DNA of 64,000 nucleotides from Thermoproteota archaeon (GTDB lineage: Archaea > Thermoproteota > Thermoprotei_A > Sulfolobales > Ignisphaeraceae). The stretch covers positions 352,001 through 416,000 of the forward strand of contig JAUQPB010000001.1 in assembly GCA_030550585.1 (NCBI GenBank). Direction: 5' to 3'. The position numbers and the translations under genes are program-made. Numbering within the stretch: the stretch's first letter is position 1; every line of letters starts with the position of its first letter. The notes under the pieces are model-generated. The model saw only the letters and a program-made list of their open reading frames with translations. It ran no database searches and had not been told where the DNA came from. Below are positions 61,341 through 64,000 of this stretch, piece by piece.

Positions 61341-62492
61341 TTGATAATTAAATCAACAAGAGAGACTGTTATTTTAATCATTAAAAAAGATGATGTGCAA
61401 TATCTAGATGAAATTACAGCTGTTGTTAGAGAAGCCGGTTTCGAGCCGAGAAACATTGTCAAAATTTCAAAAACTGATACAAGTTGTTATCTTCCATACG
61501 GCAAAATAATGAAGTTAAAATATGAAATAGAGAACAGTAATGTGAAGAGAATATGTGTTTATGATCATCTAAAACCTAGGCAGATAACTTGTTTAATGAG
61601 AGAATTAAATGTTGATGTAGTAGATCAGGTTATGTTATTGCTTAGAATATTTCAAATGCATGCAGGTTCAAAAGAGGCGTTACTTCAAATTGAAATGGCT
61701 AGACTGAATCATGAACTGCCATTAATTAGGGAGTGGATACGAAGAAGCAAAATGGGTGAGTTACCCGGTTTCTTAGGAGGAGGTAGATATGCTATAGACA
61801 TTCAATATGAACACGTAAAAAGGAGATTGGCTAAAATAAGAAAAGAACTAGCTGAGTTAAGAAATAAGAAAAGAAGTGAAAGGGAAAGAAGAAGACGTTC
61901 AGGATGGATACACATAGCCTTGATTGGCTACACCAATGCCGGTAAAACATCTCTCTTCAACGCTTTAACCAATTTAAATAAACCTACAGGAGATGAATTG
62001 TTTACAACATTAACGCCAAAAACGTATGCACTAAATATTTGTGGTGATGAAGTTGGAAAAATAGTTCTTGTAGATACAATTGGATTTATAAAAAAACTGC
62101 CTATGGAAATTGTCGAAGCTTTTAAAGTTGTTCTCGAAGAAATAAAGGCTGCTGACATTCTGCTATTTGTTATAGATGCTAGCAAAGATCTTCATCTAAT
62201 GTATAATGAGATTGGCACCGCCCTTGACATTCTTCAAAACATAGGTTTTGAAGGAAAACCAATTATTGTTGCACTAAATAAGATCGACCTGTTAAACCCA
62301 AACCCTGAAAGCAAGAGAAATATTGATGATATAGCTAAGTCTGTGACTGAGTATCTTCATAGCAAAAATGTGAATGCCGCAAGAATAGTACCTATATCAG
62401 CCTTAAAGAATATAAATATTGACATGCTAAAGGAGTCTATATGTCAAGTTGTACATCAGCTGAAACCCTTGAAAAACACGTGTATGTACTAA
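61341..62492 (+). CDS. hflX: GTPase HflX
   Basis: IFxxHAGSKEA, GYTNAGKTS, LFTTL, DTIGF, NKID, ISA. Confidence 0.95.
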   Translation: MIIKSTRETVILIIKKDDVQYLDEITAVVREAGFEPRNIVKISKTDTSCYLPYGKIMKLKYEIENSNVKRICVYDHLKPRQITCLMRELNVDVVDQVMLLLRIFQMHAGSKEALLQIEMARLNHELPLIREWIRRSKMGELPGFLGGGRYAIDIQYEHVKRRLAKIRKELAELRNKKRSERERRRRSGWIHIALIGYTNAGKTSLFNALTNLNKPTGDELFTTLTPKTYALNICGDEVGKIVLVDTIGFIKKLPMEIVEAFKVVLEEIKAADILLFVIDASKDLHLMYNEIGTALDILQNIGFEGKPIIVALNKIDLLNPNPESKRNIDDIAKSVTEYLHSKNVNAARIVPISALKNINIDMLKESICQVVHQLKPLKNTCMY

Positions 62493-63007
62493 GACTTGGC
62501 CATAGACCACATAGAGACCGTAGAATTACGACACATGTTGCACTTGTAGCTAGAGCCTTTGGTGCTAGAGGTTTATATCTTGCTGATGTTACAGACGAAA
62601 ATGTTAAGCAATCTATCGCCAAGGTTGTTAGTCGATGGGGCGGATCCTACTTTAAGGTTGTAGACGGTGTCAGCCCATTTGAGATCATAAGACAGTTCAA
62701 GAAGGAGAAATCATGTGTTGTACACTTGACTATGTATGGACTTCCTGTGGACAGCGTGATTAGAGATATTGTGGAAAAATGTGAAGAGATTTTGGTAATA
62801 GTTGGTGCCGAGAAAGTGGATAGGGTATTTTATGATTTGGCTGATTATAATGTTGCTATAGGTAATCAGCCCCATTCTGAAGTTTCTGCTTTGGCAATAT
62901 TTCTAGACAGACTGTGGCAAGGACGCGAAATGAGCTTATGTTTCCCCGACGCAAAATACTATATTGTGCCCAGTGCGAGAGGTAAGGTGGTGAAACCCTT
63001 TGAATGA
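62441..63007 (+). CDS. trm56: tRNA (cytidine-56-2'-O)-methyltransferase
   Basis: LRLGHRPHRDRRITTHV, HLTMYG, NQPHSEV. Confidence 0.96.
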   Translation: MSSCTSAETLEKHVYVLRLGHRPHRDRRITTHVALVARAFGARGLYLADVTDENVKQSIAKVVSRWGGSYFKVVDGVSPFEIIRQFKKEKSCVVHLTMYGLPVDSVIRDIVEKCEEILVIVGAEKVDRVFYDLADYNVAIGNQPHSEVSALAIFLDRLWQGREMSLCFPDAKYYIVPSARGKVVKPFE

Positions 63008-63506
63008 TAGTGGCATAATCAAAATCGTGGAGCAGATGTATGGAGCAAATGGCAGAAAGATTCTAGAGGTTCTCTTGAATTCTCCCAATGGAAGAACAAT
63101 TGAAGAAATTGCGCAGGAGACAAGTATTAGAGTTAATGATGTGAGAAGACTATTGTATGAAATGAGCCAAGATGGGCTTGTTGCATATATTCGTAGTCAA
63201 CGTGGCGAGAGCCATTGGTATAGCTATAGGTGGTACTCAAATTACTCGATGCTTAAAGCCTCTCTTGCAAGGAGGCTTAAAGAAGTTATTAGAGTTTTGC
63301 AAGAGAGATTAAACTTTGAAACAAGCAACACATTCTACATATGCCCAAATGATCAATCAGTATATACATTTGAGGAAGCATTCGAAAACAACTTTCAATG
63401 TATACAGTGTGGTTCAGATCTAGTAGAATTTGATAATAGACCAATAGTATCATATCTGAGCAATATTATTGAAAAGCTCAAAAAATATGATAATAGTGTT
63501 GGCTGA
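63000..63506 (+). CDS. tfe: Transcription factor E alpha
   Basis: Winged helix (EEIA..VRRLLY..WYSYRW) plus Zn ribbon (YICP..FQCIQCG). Confidence 0.93.
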   Translation: MNDSGIIKIVEQMYGANGRKILEVLLNSPNGRTIEEIAQETSIRVNDVRRLLYEMSQDGLVAYIRSQRGESHWYSYRWYSNYSMLKASLARRLKEVIRVLQERLNFETSNTFYICPNDQSVYTFEEAFENNFQCIQCGSDLVEFDNRPIVSYLSNIIEKLKKYDNSVG

Positions 63507-63514
63507 TTGGAATA

Positions 63515-64000
63515 ATGAAACCCACAGTCATAGATTTGTTCTGTGGCGCAGGAGGCTTTTCAAGAGGCTTTAAAGAAGCTGGTTTTAATATAGTCCTCGC
63601 CATTGACAATGATCCTGCATGTGGAAAAGCATTCAAAATAAATTTTCCGAATGCTGTCGTACTTGTAGAAGATATAAAAGATGTTACCAGTTCTGATATA
63701 ACCTACCACACTAGAAATTACGATATTGTTATTGGAAGCCCACCCTGCGAACCTTTTACAGGTGCTAACCCAAAAAGGGAGGTTGACCCCATTGACAGGC
63801 TTTACAAGGACCCCATGGGCAAATTAACACTAGAGTTTATTCGTCTTGTGGGAGAACTAAAACCTCGAATATTTGTCATGGAAAATGTTCCCGCAATTCT
63901 AGAAGAGCCCATAAAAAAGAGTTTAATAAATGAATTCAAGTCTGTTGGATATAACCAGATATACTTTAATGTTTTGAATGCGGAGAACTATGGCACTCCA
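63515..64000 (+). CDS. dcm: C5 cytosine methyltransferase (runs off window end)
   Basis: MKPTVIDLFCGAGG, GSPPCEPF, FVMENV. Confidence 0.9.
   Translation, partial: MKPTVIDLFCGAGGFSRGFKEAGFNIVLAIDNDPACGKAFKINFPNAVVLVEDIKDVTSSDITYHTRNYDIVIGSPPCEPFTGANPKREVDPIDRLYKDPMGKLTLEFIRLVGELKPRIFVMENVPAILEEPIKKSLINEFKSVGYNQIYFNVLNAENYGTP

Overview
This window is from an AT-rich, hyperthermophilic crenarchaeal chromosome (Thermoproteota, most consistent with Desulfurococcales, Ignisphaera-like). The assignment rests on reverse gyrase, S25e/S26e, Rpo8, augmented Sm (SmAP3) and a thermosome. 0-10 kb and 42-64 kb are core regions (proS, trmI, rgy, tpi, FBP aldolase/phosphatase, ABCE1, cgi121, thermosome, tgtA, pan-mbf1-hflX-trm56-tfe-dcm, tRNA-Gly). 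An 8-gene Mrp-type Na+/H+ antiporter operon (11.4-17.8 kb, +) and a 9-gene group-4 [NiFe]-hydrogenase operon in complex-I gene order (34-41.5 kb, -) face each other across a ~16-kb decaying island. The island holds vapBC toxin-antitoxin pairs, PaREP1 remnants and broken glycosylation genes, punctuated by five copies of a ~40-45 bp hairpin element resembling a solo IS200/IS605 end. Signals missed by the ORF track: about six box C/D guide sRNAs, a 25-aa Glu/Trp micro-ORF with its own TATA box and SD upstream of ABCE1, at least five genes that appear to start at CTG/ACG/ATA behind a GGTGA/GGTGG SD, and a tgtA 5' end with no in-frame start. All assignments come from motif recognition by eye; no database search was run.
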